Positions 36,801-50,173 of a DNA stretch of 64,000 bases are shown here, piece after piece; position 1 is the first letter of the stretch, and every line of letters begins with the position of its first letter. The DNA is from Auanema rhodensis (taxonomy: Eukaryota > Animalia > Nematoda), in NCBI GenBank assembly GCA_964057225.1, contig OZ059897.1:6572001-6636000 (forward strand), given 5' to 3'. The position numbers and the translations under genes are program-made. The notes under the pieces are model-generated. The model did no database searches, was not told the DNA's origin, and was given only the letters and a program-made list of their open reading frames with translations.

Positions 36801-39800
36801 ACTGTTTTCAGTTTTTCATATAATGTTTGTTTATTTATTCATACAATTATTTGTAATATCTTATATTATGCATATGAACTCATGAAGTCAAGTATCCCTA
36901 TATCTATACTATATACTATATACTATATACTATATCTTTCTATCTATCTATCTATAATACTTTTATTCTTCTTATAAATCTGCCATATTATCTATTTTTC
37001 CTGAGTTAATACTGCAGAGATGAGGCTGTTTGGCTTGTCTGATAATTCTCTGATGATCATGGCAACCGTTGAATAGTTGTAGCATAATGATGATGATGAT
37101 GGCTTTTTGCGGTTCTTTTTAATTTATAAGAGATTACGGCACACACCACACATATCATCCTATAACCTATCTCGTTAGTTGAAACTTATTTTTTTGTTTT
37201 TTTTTCTTCGAAAACGTTTGCACACGGGGTGCAACGATGCGACTGCAATGTAATCCTTCTTGACTCACATCGCCGAGTCCATCAAGTTTTCCCATATTTC
37301 TTTGAATTTGTGTTATTTTGGAATAAATTGAATTAAGAGTTATTATTTATTTCTATATTTGTCCCTTTGTCTGTCCTTAGGGAATCCTCTATTTCTCACA
37401 CTTTCTCTTTTCCTTCCCTATTCCTTCTCTTCATCATGCTACTGATTTAGCTTGATTATATGCTTTACGAGTTAGCAAGAGTTCGAAACGTTTTGATCAA
37501 GTTTCAATGCTTTGATAAGCAAAAAAGTATTCAAAGGCCAATATAAGTTGATCTATACTTCAATGTTTAACTATACATATAACTATATAGTATACATATA
37601 GTTTGTAAGAAGAACGACGTAGAAAAAGACGAAGGAACTTCCTTTTTTTTCGTAAACTTTTCATTCTTGCTAGTCAAAACAGAATTTGATCTTGTATGTT
37701 GAAATAGGATGAGGAACTATATTTATAATAATTCTATATCCATATTTAGTACTTTCAATTTTTTTCGATGAAATCTCAGTTATTACTTGAATTAAAAATA
37801 TTTCTCAGAAGCATAAAAGCATAATTTATATAAGATTCTGTGATTCCTATACTCTTTTCCATGAATTAAAATTTGAAAATTGAAACCATTTGACTGCAAT
37901 TGGCTAGGAAACCCTTGTACATTTCCTCACAAACAACAAAAATCAAAATTTATTTGTTATCCAACCTGCTCAGATCATATGTTTTTGAATTTCCTTCTTC
38001 CTCAGGCTCATGACCACCATCACCATATATATATATATTATATATATGTGTGTTTCAGCTTATAACTCGTCTTCCTCTTTAGTTGAGAACGATTCAATTT
38101 GCCATCTATTATTATTCGATTCATCCATCATCAAAGCTCTATTAGCCAATAGACTGATTAGTATTACGCTTCTTAACAGATTTAGTTGATCAGATCATCA
38201 TGAGCTGCCGGCTTTTTCATGAACCTTGCTCACGAAATACGAGATAACATCAAGTCATTCATTTTCCTCTATTCAATACAACGAAGATGAAGAAAAAAAA
38301 TTGAAATTCAATTAAGTTTATGACTTGAAATCAGTTAGGCTTTTTCATGAAAAATGAGTTTTTTTAATGGAAAAGCCATGTCTGCCACCAACTTTTGTGA
38401 TTAATTGAATGACATCAAATCGAAAATTCTCATACTTTTCATCTTAATCATTTAAATATTTCTGCTCAAAATTAGTTCGAATAAAGAAAATGATTTCTTT
38501 AATTCAATTAATTTTAAATAAAATATAAGTTTTCTATTGGAAATTCTCGAATTGTATAAAAATATCCTCGCTATAGCCTATGATCAGTAAAAATTTCCTC
38601 AATATAACCTATGATCAGCAAAAATATTAAGAAAAAATAGAAATTATTTGATCAACTTCTAAGCTGCAGTTTAAACAAAGTTTAGTTAAACAATTTTTGA
38701 AAGGCTAAAAGAATGACAATTCTAATTGGAAAAGGTTTTTCCTAAAAAAAATGTATTTTTGCTGGCATTCTTTAGAAAATTAATAATCTTTTCAACCCAA
38801 TTCACAGGAACGGATATTTCATCCATTTATTCACATGAGGAACAATAATCTGAATATGTTTTTACTTCATATTTGAGATTTGTTATCATGAAAAAAAAAT
38901 TTATTTAATTATTTTTATCTTTAAAATCAGTCCGACTATGACGTATTTTCGCATCAGAATATCATATATTAATCTAACTAATATATAGCTGAAGGTAAGG
39001 AGCAATCATCAAACTGATTTCTTCAAGTTCATTATATCAACTTCACAGCTTATTCTGTCACTTCACCCTTTTCTTATCATTAGACTAACCTTGATCTGGC
39101 TGTTACTGCCCCGCCTTCAGCTATTAGACAAAGCTCCGCCTTTTGTGTTCATGATCTTGCTGCATGCTAACCACGCCTTCCTTCTAACTAGTAGGCTTTT
39201 TGGTTTTTTAGTTTTAAATTTTACACAACAAAACTGAGAGAATTCAAAAAAAATTTATCTTCATATTTTTCTCATCACTGTTGTCATTGAAACTTAATTA
39301 TAACCTTATATGTATATACATCAGCGTCATTCACTATCATTGCCATCAGCATTAGCCTCTTCAGCTTGTTCAATTTCTCTAAGCTTATGCGTTTTCTCCA
39401 AGCTTCTCTAGGCTTTTCCAAGCTTTTCCATTCTCGCGTTTGAGTTACTTTGATGTTAGATTTATGGTTAAAGATGTGAAGCCTTTTATTCATTTTAGCC
39501 AAAAAAAAACAAAAAAAAAAGTTTGTGAACAATTTCTGTATGTTGTTGCTGAGTTACTGAAATATTTTCCAAATTAATGTTCTAATTTTATGAATCAAAT
39601 AACAAATATTTTAGTTATATCTTCATTTTCATCTTCGTTTCTAAGCTCATTCATCTATTTTCTCATCTATTTCTATTTTTATAACTTGTTTAATGAATGA
39701 TGAACTTATGAATTGTGATAATTTTATAATAATAACATAAAAATATATAATAATATTTTCATTTACTATATATTATTTAAATATTTCATATATTGTTATA

Positions 39801-39917
39801 TAGATCTTCTCCATGTTTCATCTCGTTTCTTCCTCTTCTTCTTCAATCATAATATGCTTTCATTTTCCATGAATGACGACATTTCTTTTCAGTTTTACAG
39901 GAAGACAACCAGGAAAA

Positions 39918-40835
39918 ATGACAGAATTAAAGACGTTTCTATATGAGATTTGCATTCCGGCTATAGTACTCCTATGCGCTTTAGCAGCATTGTTGAATAT
40001 TGCTGTTTTCCTGTCCAGATGGCATGTGAAGAGTCGATCTACATCACTTGAACTAACGTATTCGTTAGCATTATCAGACACATGGACATCTGTAGTAATT
40101 GCACTATCATTATTCTGGAATAGCTATAAACCTGTAGTACTCAGAATCCCGCACTACAGCTACTGTTTTCCACTAACTTTAGAAGTAAGTTCAACGAGGT
40201 TTAATTGTTTTCTTTTACTTTTTGTGTGCTTTTAAACGGAAGTTGCTTCACTTCCATCTTTTCTAATTGATGCAAAGGTTTTTATTTAGAAGATCCATAG
40301 TATTTGGAGAGAAGAGGGGGGGGGCGAGTAGAAGTAAGTAGAGCTATAGTTAGAGTAGCATTAATCCCGAATCTTTTCTTTTGAATACAAAATTTCTTAA
40401 TTTCTTTTACTGTGTGAAACTCATTTTAGAAATCAAAAACCGTCCCAGCTGAGAAATACGAAAAGTTTGGTCTATCCTGAGCGGATTTGTTGAAACAAGT
40501 ATCTGTAATATGAAATTGTAGAAAAATATACAAAGTGATCTTTGGATCATCGAAAACTGTTTTTTGGTTGCTTTGATTGGTTGCAATTCATCTTTTGACG
40601 TCCTTTTGCTTTTTTTTTGCTTTTACATATATACGAGGAGGAGAAGAAGGAAAAGCAATATATTAGTATCAACAATAGTACAATGATTACTAATAGTTTA
40701 TCTATGACTTTGTGAAAAAAATACATAAAAAATATATATTTATTCCAGAAAAATAGAAGACTTGCTTATATTTGGTTAAGTTAAATTTTCCTAATTGCTT
40801 TTGGTATTTTTTTGTAGGTGGATGATGAGGAAAAA

Positions 40836-40904
<69 letters not shown>

Positions 40905-42756
40905 TGAGCATGAGAGTAGGAGAGGCGTAGTGATAATCGAAAGGAGAGGGGAAGCTTGAAAAAAATAATTAAGACTCATCTACTTTTTTGGATACAATTT
41001 TATCCATTTTCGTATATTTTAAAATCTCAACATTACTCAAATATGAAAATGACAAGCTGCTGTACAATGCTGATGTCGTTTACGTCATCAAGTTTATCCT
41101 TATATGAAAACGTTTTCCTATGCTTCAACTCATCGTCGGGATGTAGCTTGTGTCCGTAACTCCATCATCATCGTCATCATCATCAGTCGAGCATCGGTTT
41201 CATTCAGGAGCAGTCGTGAGAAAACTCAATTTATTTTCTCCAATTCACGCTGTTCTTCATCGACCAAAAAGATTCCAATAGTCAGTTTAAATCTTGAGCT
41301 CATCCAGAATTCAATGGAATACAGCGTTATACATGAGCCAGATTAAGCATGACGAGTGGAATAGAAGCATGTTGAATGAACGAATAGAGAGATAAAATGA
41401 GAAAAAGTATAAAAGACCAAGTGAGAGAGAGAGCAGGAGAGAGAGAAGATGAGTACTACATATAAGAAGCTAACAATGAAAATTAGAGTAATGAAATAAA
41501 CAACCGCTCGCCGACTTTCCACAATGTAAAATGAGATTTGAAGGTTACACACATGTATAGTGAATATGGCTATTGTGTACTTCACCATCACCTGAACATC
41601 ACAGTACCTGATCTGACATTAAGCTAAACAAGTAAAATATTGGAAGAATCACGCAATCTTTGATTGCGTGATTCTTGTTCTTAAAGCTTTTGAAGATGAA
41701 TTTTTGATCAATCATAGATCTTTCTTTTTCAAAATCTTCTTCTCGACAATGCACTCGAGTTTAGTACGAAGATCCTTTGAAAAAGAATTTAAAGGTTTTT
41801 CTTCTTTCATCCGCGTGGACAATTTTACCCGAAATAACGAATTTTTTTTCTTTTTAGCTCCATTTGGTAAGAATAAAGAGAAAAAATCAAAGATCTTTCC
41901 TTAACTGATAAACAGTGTTGAGGTCCTCCTTGTCTGTGTTGCTTTCTCTGTTTCTCTCTATCACCCTCTTGGAATTAGAGAAATAATGTAATGAGTACAT
42001 TACGTTCGTTGCACTGTTAATTAGATTGAAAGATATTAGAAAACATGACGGAATCTTCTTTCTTACATTAAACTTTCGTACTATTTAACATTAAAGAAAG
42101 AAAAACATTTAAATTCATATAATCGAATTTGATTTTTTTATTCAAAACATTATCATCTTCTCTAGATATTTTATGTTTTTTTTTCTACTGCTAATTAAGA
42201 TTTACATATACATACTTCATAAACAAATAGAGAGAGAGAAAGGGAGAGAGAGAGAGAGAGGGGGATGGTGGTGGAAAGTGGGTGAGAGATGGGAATGTAT
42301 ATCTGCATAAACCAATGTATAAATGAAACTATTTATAAGATGGAATTGAAACAAATAATATATATATATATATCTATCTATATCTATATCTATACATATA
42401 AGTCTTCACACAAAATAACTAACTATATGTATTTGTCTCTTAACTATATGTTTATACACATAGTATGTATATAGAAAAGATATAAAGATATATATCTTAT
42501 ATAATAAACTATAATAAACTATACTTATATCATAGTTAAATACTTAAAACAATAAGTTGAAGTTACTTTTCATCTTTGAATTCTTCAAAACTTATATATA
42601 TTTCTACAAATACGTACACATACATACATGTATATGTGTTGGAAATCTTCTTTGTTTTCCAACTCTAATCAATCAACATTACCAGTAACTCATATACTAT
42701 GTGCATACGAACATACACATAGTATACAAGAGGCAGATAGAAAGAGAAAGATAGAA

Positions 42757-42815
<59 letters not shown>

Positions 42816-45800
42816 GAAAGAGAGTGAGATTCAAAAACATTTATATATTATATATATAATATGTTTACATGTATATGTATATATAAGATAAATATACATA
42901 AATTTCTAAATCTTAAAACATTTTTGCTTGATAAATATGTTGAAATCAAAATTTTAATATCAGAAACTTACATACATACTTGTACATATACATACTGTGC
43001 ATAGTTTAACAAAGGTTTTTGTTATTTTTATTTATTTCATTTTAGTTTGAAAGAATATTATATAACCACAATTAGAGAGGGAGAGATAGGGAGGGACAAG
43101 GGACGGAGAAAAGCTAGGCTGCTAGGTGAATATTTTGCAAATAACTGCTATAAAGTCCAGAAATTGTTAGATGCTTTCATATATTTTTATACTAATAGAT
43201 GGGAAAGTTAGGGATTTTTAAGAATAGAACTAATATCATTTTGTGAAGCAATTAATATAAAATTATAATATTTTATGGAAAGCATGATTGCCCTCCTCCT
43301 ATTTTTCTTTTGACATCATTGACTCAAATGATGCTTTTCCTTCTTGCATGAAAACTTTTTTACATCACAAATTAAATAGCTTCCGCGTTATTTGGATCTA
43401 AAATCAAGTTGACATGATAAATTGAAATATCAAGAGAGTGTGGCTGTATGCTGTTAGGATTCAGACACAATATTTTAAAGATTTTGTCGTCTGTTATTGC
43501 ACTTCTTCCTTCTCATTGCCTTCTCATCTTCGTCGGATTCATTTTCGTTTTCATTTGTTCGTGGACTTCTTCATTTTCATTTTTCTTGAAAAGACACACA
43601 TCACATTTAAATCTAAACAAGGCGGAAGAATAGAACTAATTTCCTACCTGATAGAGAAGGAAATGAGACAAACACATAAGAAAGCTAATTATTCTCTCTA
43701 GATCTTCCTCTATACAATGTCCATGTCGAGTTAAGTACACTTCAATAAAAGCTGCCTAGAGAAACGAGAGAAGAAGTAACATCGCAGCTTGGTACTGTAT
43801 GGGTATGATGTGTGCAGGTGTTGTGACCATCAGACATTGCATATCCTTCCTTCCTGTAGAATATGTAAATCTTAATTATACATTTCTTTATTTTCTATTT
43901 TTGGAAGTGAAAAAAAAATAAAAAAAAACAAAAAGACAAGGTTAATAAAAAGGAAATATAATACAAAAGATGTAGACAGCGAAGATCTATATCTGCTTCC
44001 GCAACTTTTCAAACATAATCAGATTTTTACATTGCATTGTATGTTGTAACCTTTGATCAAAAACTTAAGATCCTTCGGTGGAAAGGGCATTGAATTATTC
44101 TTGCTTTCTATAGAATTTATACTAAATATGGATATTTGAACGTGAAAATCGGGATTTTATTCAATCATTTACACTTGTATATGCATATGGAATGTCCTAT
44201 ATTAGGATTCATGTGAGCTCATGCTTAACCAAAATCTATGAAACAGCTCTCCAAAATTAAAAATACACACGGTGGAGTTAATTTCACATTTCAACTTCAT
44301 GTGTACGCCAAGAACAAACTGTTCTTCTAATATGCTACAGCATATACCCTATGGCTAAATAAGCCTAGTTAAACTTAAAAGTACGCCTGAGGCCTTTGAA
44401 CACTATGGTTCTTATAAGAGCATTTCTTGTTACAGCTTAAAGCTTAGCATGTTTAAAATAGAATTCAAAACGAAATCAGAGAAAAATATCTTTAATGATC
44501 TTGAGATAGTAGTAAAATCTGAAAAAAAATTGAAGAAGAAGAAGATCTTTGACATTAATCATTAATCTTTACTCTTAAAAGTAATTTCCTTTTAGCATCT
44601 TTTTATTTATTTCCGGAAAATACTTAGCTTACTTAGCCATTTTTTGATTTATCTATCTCCATATCTCTCTGACTTTTACATTAAATTTTCTATTTTTTTC
44701 AGGCTTTTCGAACAGGAGGTCTATTAACTGGAATATTTCATCTGGTAGCTCTGGCGTTTGCGCACTATCTTCAGATTCGTCGGCCGTTCGATCATCAGAA
44801 GTTTCTTCCATTAAAAGCAGTTCAAGTACGTTTTCATGAAAGATCATATTAACTATTATTATTACTCAATACATAACATTTTAAAATTCGTATTAAGTCA
44901 GTCATGTGATTAGATACAAATGTCTTTTCTAGATTATCATCTTTTTCATTTGGTCGGTACCTCCTCTAGGTTTGATGGCATATTTCAGTAGCTGGCAGGG
45001 ACAAGGCTATAGGTAAATTGAGAGAAACAAATTGCCGGAACGCAAAATATTAAAATTCATTTCCAGAAATGAATCATGCATGGGAATTGCTTTTTATGAG
45101 AACTTTTATTTTCGAGCTAATATTGCTCTAATCATTATTATTTTGATTATAACTACATGTATCTTATACTGGAAAATGTTATCGAAAGTTAATGAGGTCA
45201 GTTCATTTCACCTTTTTTTTTCTGCAAAAAAAAAGAAAGAATAAATTGCAAGATAATGAGAAGGAATTGTTTATTTGGATGAAAGATAAAGGAATAGCTA
45301 ATACTAGAAATAGAATTTTAATTTCTTATGCCGAATGAACATACTCTAATACAATCTTTCATTTGTCCATCAAGTTTGAAAGTTGACAACTTCGTGGATG
45401 ACGTCAATAGTTTACAGTAACCTTAGTTTAACCAAAGGTTATGATCACGATAACGTTAAATTAGGCAAAGTTTAACACTACTTACATATTGCTTGAAGGA
45501 AAATAGGGGAGACACAAGATTAACACCAGCATAGTGTACAAAGGTCGTCGGATATTTATACACATCTACATATACATCATTGTGTTTCTTCGCTCTGATT
45601 CTAAAATCATGTGCGCAAAGCTTTATCCCTTTACAGCTTTGGAAAGAAGCAATGTCATCACTTTGAATAAACTATAACTATTTGTAGCAAATGAAGCTCA
45701 TGCTGAAAATGCTCATCAGGTTTTAATCTCAAACAGAGCACTCTCTTTCTCATTGCATTCCGTCAGAAACCCTTTTCTATCTCTTTTTCCTATTTATTTA

Positions 45801-46169
45801 TTCTTTTGAATGTTGGTTTCATGAAATGAAGCTAGTGACAAGATGATGACAAGCTGTATTTTAATGAGAATTGTTGTCTTTTTATGGGCCTCAGGGGACG
45901 AATTGTGTGTCGGTGATAAACACATGTGATTAAACCATTCCGTTTCATCTCTGGTCCTGATCACCCATTCACTTCTCTTCATTTGTTCATCTTTCTCTAA
46001 CTCTATTCTATTCATATTTATGTCATCTACACATAGTTTGCTCTTTCGTCTTTTTTTTTTAAAAAAACTTTTCTTCTGAATAATGAGAAATGAAGAAGAT
46101 GAGAGTGCATAGTAAAATAGAAAAAGATTGAAATATATTCATATGTACATATAAAGTTAGAAATAGACT

Positions 46170-46242
<73 letters not shown>

Positions 46243-47251
46243 TAATCTTCCAATGATCGTTGAGATAGTATAAGCTTGAAGAAAATATAATCTTAACGAT
46301 TAGTTATATGATTTTGAAAAAAAAAACAATTTTGAAGTCAACAAAATTTATATTTATTTCCTTCAAAAGCACTGATTCAGGCTTACTTCAAGAAAAAGAA
46401 GGATTAAAATGAGTTAAAAAAGAGAAGAAAAAGAGATAAAGAGAGAGAGAGAAGAGTGAAAAGACATTTACAACCTACAAAAAAAAAAGAAAAATAGGGT
46501 TATTTGGCATATTCCTCCAAAATATATATTTGTCCCTCATCGCTTTCTCATTAAAAAAATGATATATTTTTTTGTTTTTGAAGTTCTTTAAAACATAAAA
46601 AAAGATTTGTTTAGAAAAAAGAGTAAAAATGAAAGCTTAGAAGTCAGAAAGTTAGTTAAACATACACATATAAGGGAATATTTTAATAATATTATTATTA
46701 CTTAAGGTTCGGTCAAAAGCTAATTCAGCTACAAATGCTAGAGGTCGTCGAACTGTCATAACTGCCTGCCTTATCTTTGGAACATTTCTGTTTGGCTGGA
46801 TGCCAGCAAGCATATTGTACATCTTGACAGCTGAAGGAATGCCGTTGTATAGGTCAGTATAGATAATTCTGAAGCATAATTACCAGAATACAAAATTTCA
46901 GGAAAGGTTCAGTGTTAATTCATGTATTATCAATAGTAGTTTTAATCAATATTATGGTTAAAACTTTAACAAATCCAATAATTTATGCGACTAGGTAAGA
47001 ATTAATATTTTTATTTTTGTTTATAAATACTAAATAATAAGAAAATAATTATAAATATAGTTAATTATTTTAAAGATTTGAATGAAATTATTTGATTTTC
47101 ATTTAGAATCCCTGAAATTCGACATTTTGTACTACAAAAGCTGTTATGGAAAATTGTACCTATGCGGGAGGAGAAACGAGGGACCACCGAATTGGCACCT
47201 CTTCGAGGAGGAAACCGGGCAGAGTTCACCCATTCGGCTCAACACAGCTAA
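39918..47251 (+). CDS. Class A (rhodopsin-like) GPCR, AEX-2/aexr-related neuropeptide receptor family, 7 coding exons with two long introns
   Basis: TM1 CIPAIVLLCALAALLNIAVF; TM2 SLALSDTWTS; TM3 E|AFRTGGLLTGIFHLVALAFAHYLQIRRPF (4.5 kb intron before it); TM4 IWSVPPL; TM5; TM6 RRTVITACLIFGTFLFGWMPAS; TM7 KTLTNPIIYATR|IPEI. An extra upstream exon is possible (acceptor at 39900). The subfamily is inferred from the HL..LA..HY TM3 pattern. Confidence 0.85.
40839..40901. repeat. (AG)n microsatellite in GPCR intron
   Basis: About 31 perfect units. Confidence 0.95.
42735..42828. repeat. Imperfect (AG)n/(AAAG)n tract in GPCR intron
   Basis: Purine-rich AG run; it produces the spurious REREREK ORF. 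Confidence 0.9.
46175..46239. repeat. (AG)n microsatellite in GPCR intron
   Basis: About 32 perfect units. Confidence 0.95.
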
Positions 47252-47350
47252 CAGCATTTCTCAGATGTTATAACAGATATATATGTACATACATATAATC
47301 TTGATTATACGAAGTTCTATATAGAGAATATCAATCATTTATTCCTCTTC

Positions 47351-47391
<41 letters not shown>

Positions 47392-48251
47392 ATACAAAGA
47401 AATATTTTTTAAAGTACTAGTCATACTATATATCAATTTTGTTACATTATCACTCCATTATTATGATCTCTTCAATTAAAATAATTCAAAGTTGTTCACT
47501 TTTCCCTCATTATTCTTCCATTTTCAAATCCATAACTATACATTCATTCATGATATATATAGTTATTTGAAATAATTTAAATAATTGTTAATTATATAAT
47601 AATACATTACATATATTAATATATAATACTATATTTGTATATAAATATATACATATATAGTATATATTTAATTTATTATATCATTATTCATCTCAATATA
47701 CGGGACATATTATTTCATTTTTTTTTCTTGTTTTTTTTTTGATTTTTATAAATTCATGAGAATGTAAGAAATAACCCAATTTATATAATTCTGTGATTAA
47801 ATCAATCAATTATGTGCTGAGAATTACATAAATATAATAATGTTCTTTGCTAATAAAAGTTTATAAAATATTGAAATTCTCATAGAACCAAATAAATAAT
47901 TTCCATAGATTGGTGAAGTTTGTCTAAATACTCATAACATATACATTTTTATAAATTATTCATAAAAATAAGCCGACAAAGCCGTATATTCTTCCTTCTA
48001 TTTTGCAAGTTTTCATGAAAACTTAAAATTTCAAAATATGCCGACATGTCAACGGTCAAGAAATACGAACACCCGGGACAAAGCCGGCCGACTCTTAACT
48101 CAAAGACATCAAAACTAGAAGAAAATTAACAAAACATGTTCAGAATAGTGTAGAACAGAGCTTCCGACAACGCTTTGTTCACTTTTCTTCATAGTTCATA
48201 ATCCAACATCAGATAGCATAAGGTAGATGTGTGAATAAAGTTAATGTAATT

Positions 48252-48330
48252 AGTTCATTGATCAGTTACATGAACGGTAGATATTGGGATCAAATACACA
48301 TTTACAGGTCATATATCTGATCAATGAACT
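48252..48330. repeat. 79-nt inverted repeat/hairpin with a perfect 14-bp outer stem
   Basis: AGTTCATTGATCAG (48252-48265) pairs with CTGATCAATGAACT (48317-48330); there is additional inner pairing (ATGA/TCAT, GTAGA/TTTAC). Confidence 0.75.
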
Positions 48331-48825
48331 TCAAAGCTTAAAGCCGGAGATCTAATCTGGTCCTACATGCGTCGTTGGCGGCCCATATATGGTACCCAAG
48401 GTGCTGTATGATGCTTGCCACAGGCACGGAGGATGAGGCCTGTCATCAGATGCCACGCCTTTCATGACATGAGGTCAGCACAACAGACTGCAATACCTTC
48501 ATTCAGCTCATTAGTTCTTGTAACAACAAGTTTATCCCTTCCTTAATTCCATAATTATTATTCAAACTTTTATTATTAATACATTAATTATGCTAATTAT
48601 ACTAATTATATCATTTTGTCAATTTTATTTCTTATCATGCCAGACATGAAATCGGTTGGTTTTTACACAACACGTATGCAAATTTCTTGTCTATTCCTAT
48701 ACGTTGGATCCATGTTCATTATTATTTTTTTCTTTTTTATTATGTGAATACTGTAATGATCTTCAAGTTTTATTTGCTTTTAAACTTAATTATCTATATT
48801 CTTATATTATTTCTTTAAGCTTATA

Positions 48826-49179
48826 ATGTCTGGTGTATTCAATATTACTTCTGTCTGCGTTACACCCAAATCTCGTTCAATCAAAGTTTTAGAAGAGCCA
48901 AAAACACCATCCAATAGGTTTGTATATGACATAGTTTATATGATTTTCTTTATTTATTATTGTTTTAGCTGCACAGTTAGCCAACCAACAACTCCACCAA
49001 ACTGTTTATCACCACCTATGGCACACTTAGTCAATGCTCCTAAGCGGTGTGGACAAAGGACATATAACCGTCCATTGAATGTAAGTTTAAATAATTTTTT
49101 TAAAAAATTTTTTTCATAAACATAAATATTAGTTTTTTATTTTTCTGTTTTACAGGTAATTCCAATGAAAAGTCTCTAA
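48826..49179 (+). CDS. Putative tiny S/T-P-rich protein (~75 aa, 3 exons)
   Basis: MSGVFNITSVCVTPKSRSIKVLEEPKTPSNS|CTVSQPTTPPNCLSPPMAHLVNAPKRCGQRTYNRPLN|VIPMKSL*, with canonical GT..TTTAG and GTAAGT..TTACAG introns. No family recognised. Confidence 0.55.
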
Positions 49180-50091
49180 ATTGGATTAAAGAATTGTTTT
49201 GAACAAGTTCAGACATGACCCCAACTACGATTCCAGTTTCGTTGATCCACCACACAATATTTCTCTTTAGGATTTAACCAATTTATTTGTTATATTTAAT
49301 AGTATTTCCCAGTTTTATTCTTATCATATTCGACTTATATTTAGATGTTTTCCTCTGCTCGTGCATGTCATTCCCTGTCTACTTGAAAAGCTTTACCTAC
49401 CCTCTGTTGCCTAACTATGATGCAATCCAGGTCAAGTTATGCAATATAGCTCAGTTCTTACTAAAACTTGATAGAAGCCTAATGTGATCTGTTCATATCC
49501 TTTGATATATTCTTAGTCATCTTCTAAATTTTAATAATCTAAATAGCAAATTATATTTAACCAAGATGCCATAACCATCCGTTTCTGAACTTGTCATTGA
49601 AGCGTCATCGGCTTCCTTTATTCGTTATCATTTTAATTGTTACTTTATAACTTATCCAAATATAAAATTTTGAATGATTTCTAATCTTTATTGTTGAACA
49701 ATACACATCATAGAGAAAGGTAAAGCATAACTTAACCAATTAAAACTTTCAAAACTTCCTCTTAGACCTCTTCCCTTTGAACATCTAATTATCTTTCCTT
49801 CAGTTGAAATTTCAATATCAGCTAATTTGAAAGGTTTTCAAGCCTATATACTGACAAGTTCCGTCTTGAAATGAAATAAAAGTATCTACAAAGATATTTC
49901 AAGAAATGCTTCTGCTTCGAGGTTTAACAAAAAGTGAAATATGCTCATTAAGCTATAAGCGGAAAATGTATTTTTGGAGAATTTATGAAGGAAAGGGATA
50001 TGAAAAGCTTTAAAGTTTTATAGGCTGCTCAAGTTTTGAAATAAAAATTTGAGAAATATTCTAAAAGAAAACGAACTAAAAGCTGTGTACG

Positions 50092-50099
50092 TGACGTCA
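50092..50099. promoter_or_regulatory. Perfect CRE palindrome TGACGTCA upstream of the kinase gene
   Basis: Within a GC-rich patch (GTACGTGACGTCAGGCGGCGCAC) about 75 bp upstream of ATG 50174. Function is inferred. Confidence 0.4.
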
Positions 50100-50173
50100 G
50101 GCGGCGCACTTTTTCATTTTTTTTAGTTTTAGAGGCTTGAAATCGGCTGTACTTGACAAAAGGAAAACGAAGT

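Noticed and set aside
33669-43701. Many 60-140 aa ORFs in the track (SLSLSL, RERERE, FFFF, YIYIY types)
   Set aside because: They are translations of microsatellites and AT-rich low-complexity DNA. Only the 39873-40235 ORF contains a real exon.
48415-48455. Minus-strand CTGATGA-CAGGC..GCCTG stem resembling hammerhead stem II
   Set aside because: It is not followed by GAAA, so the core is incomplete.
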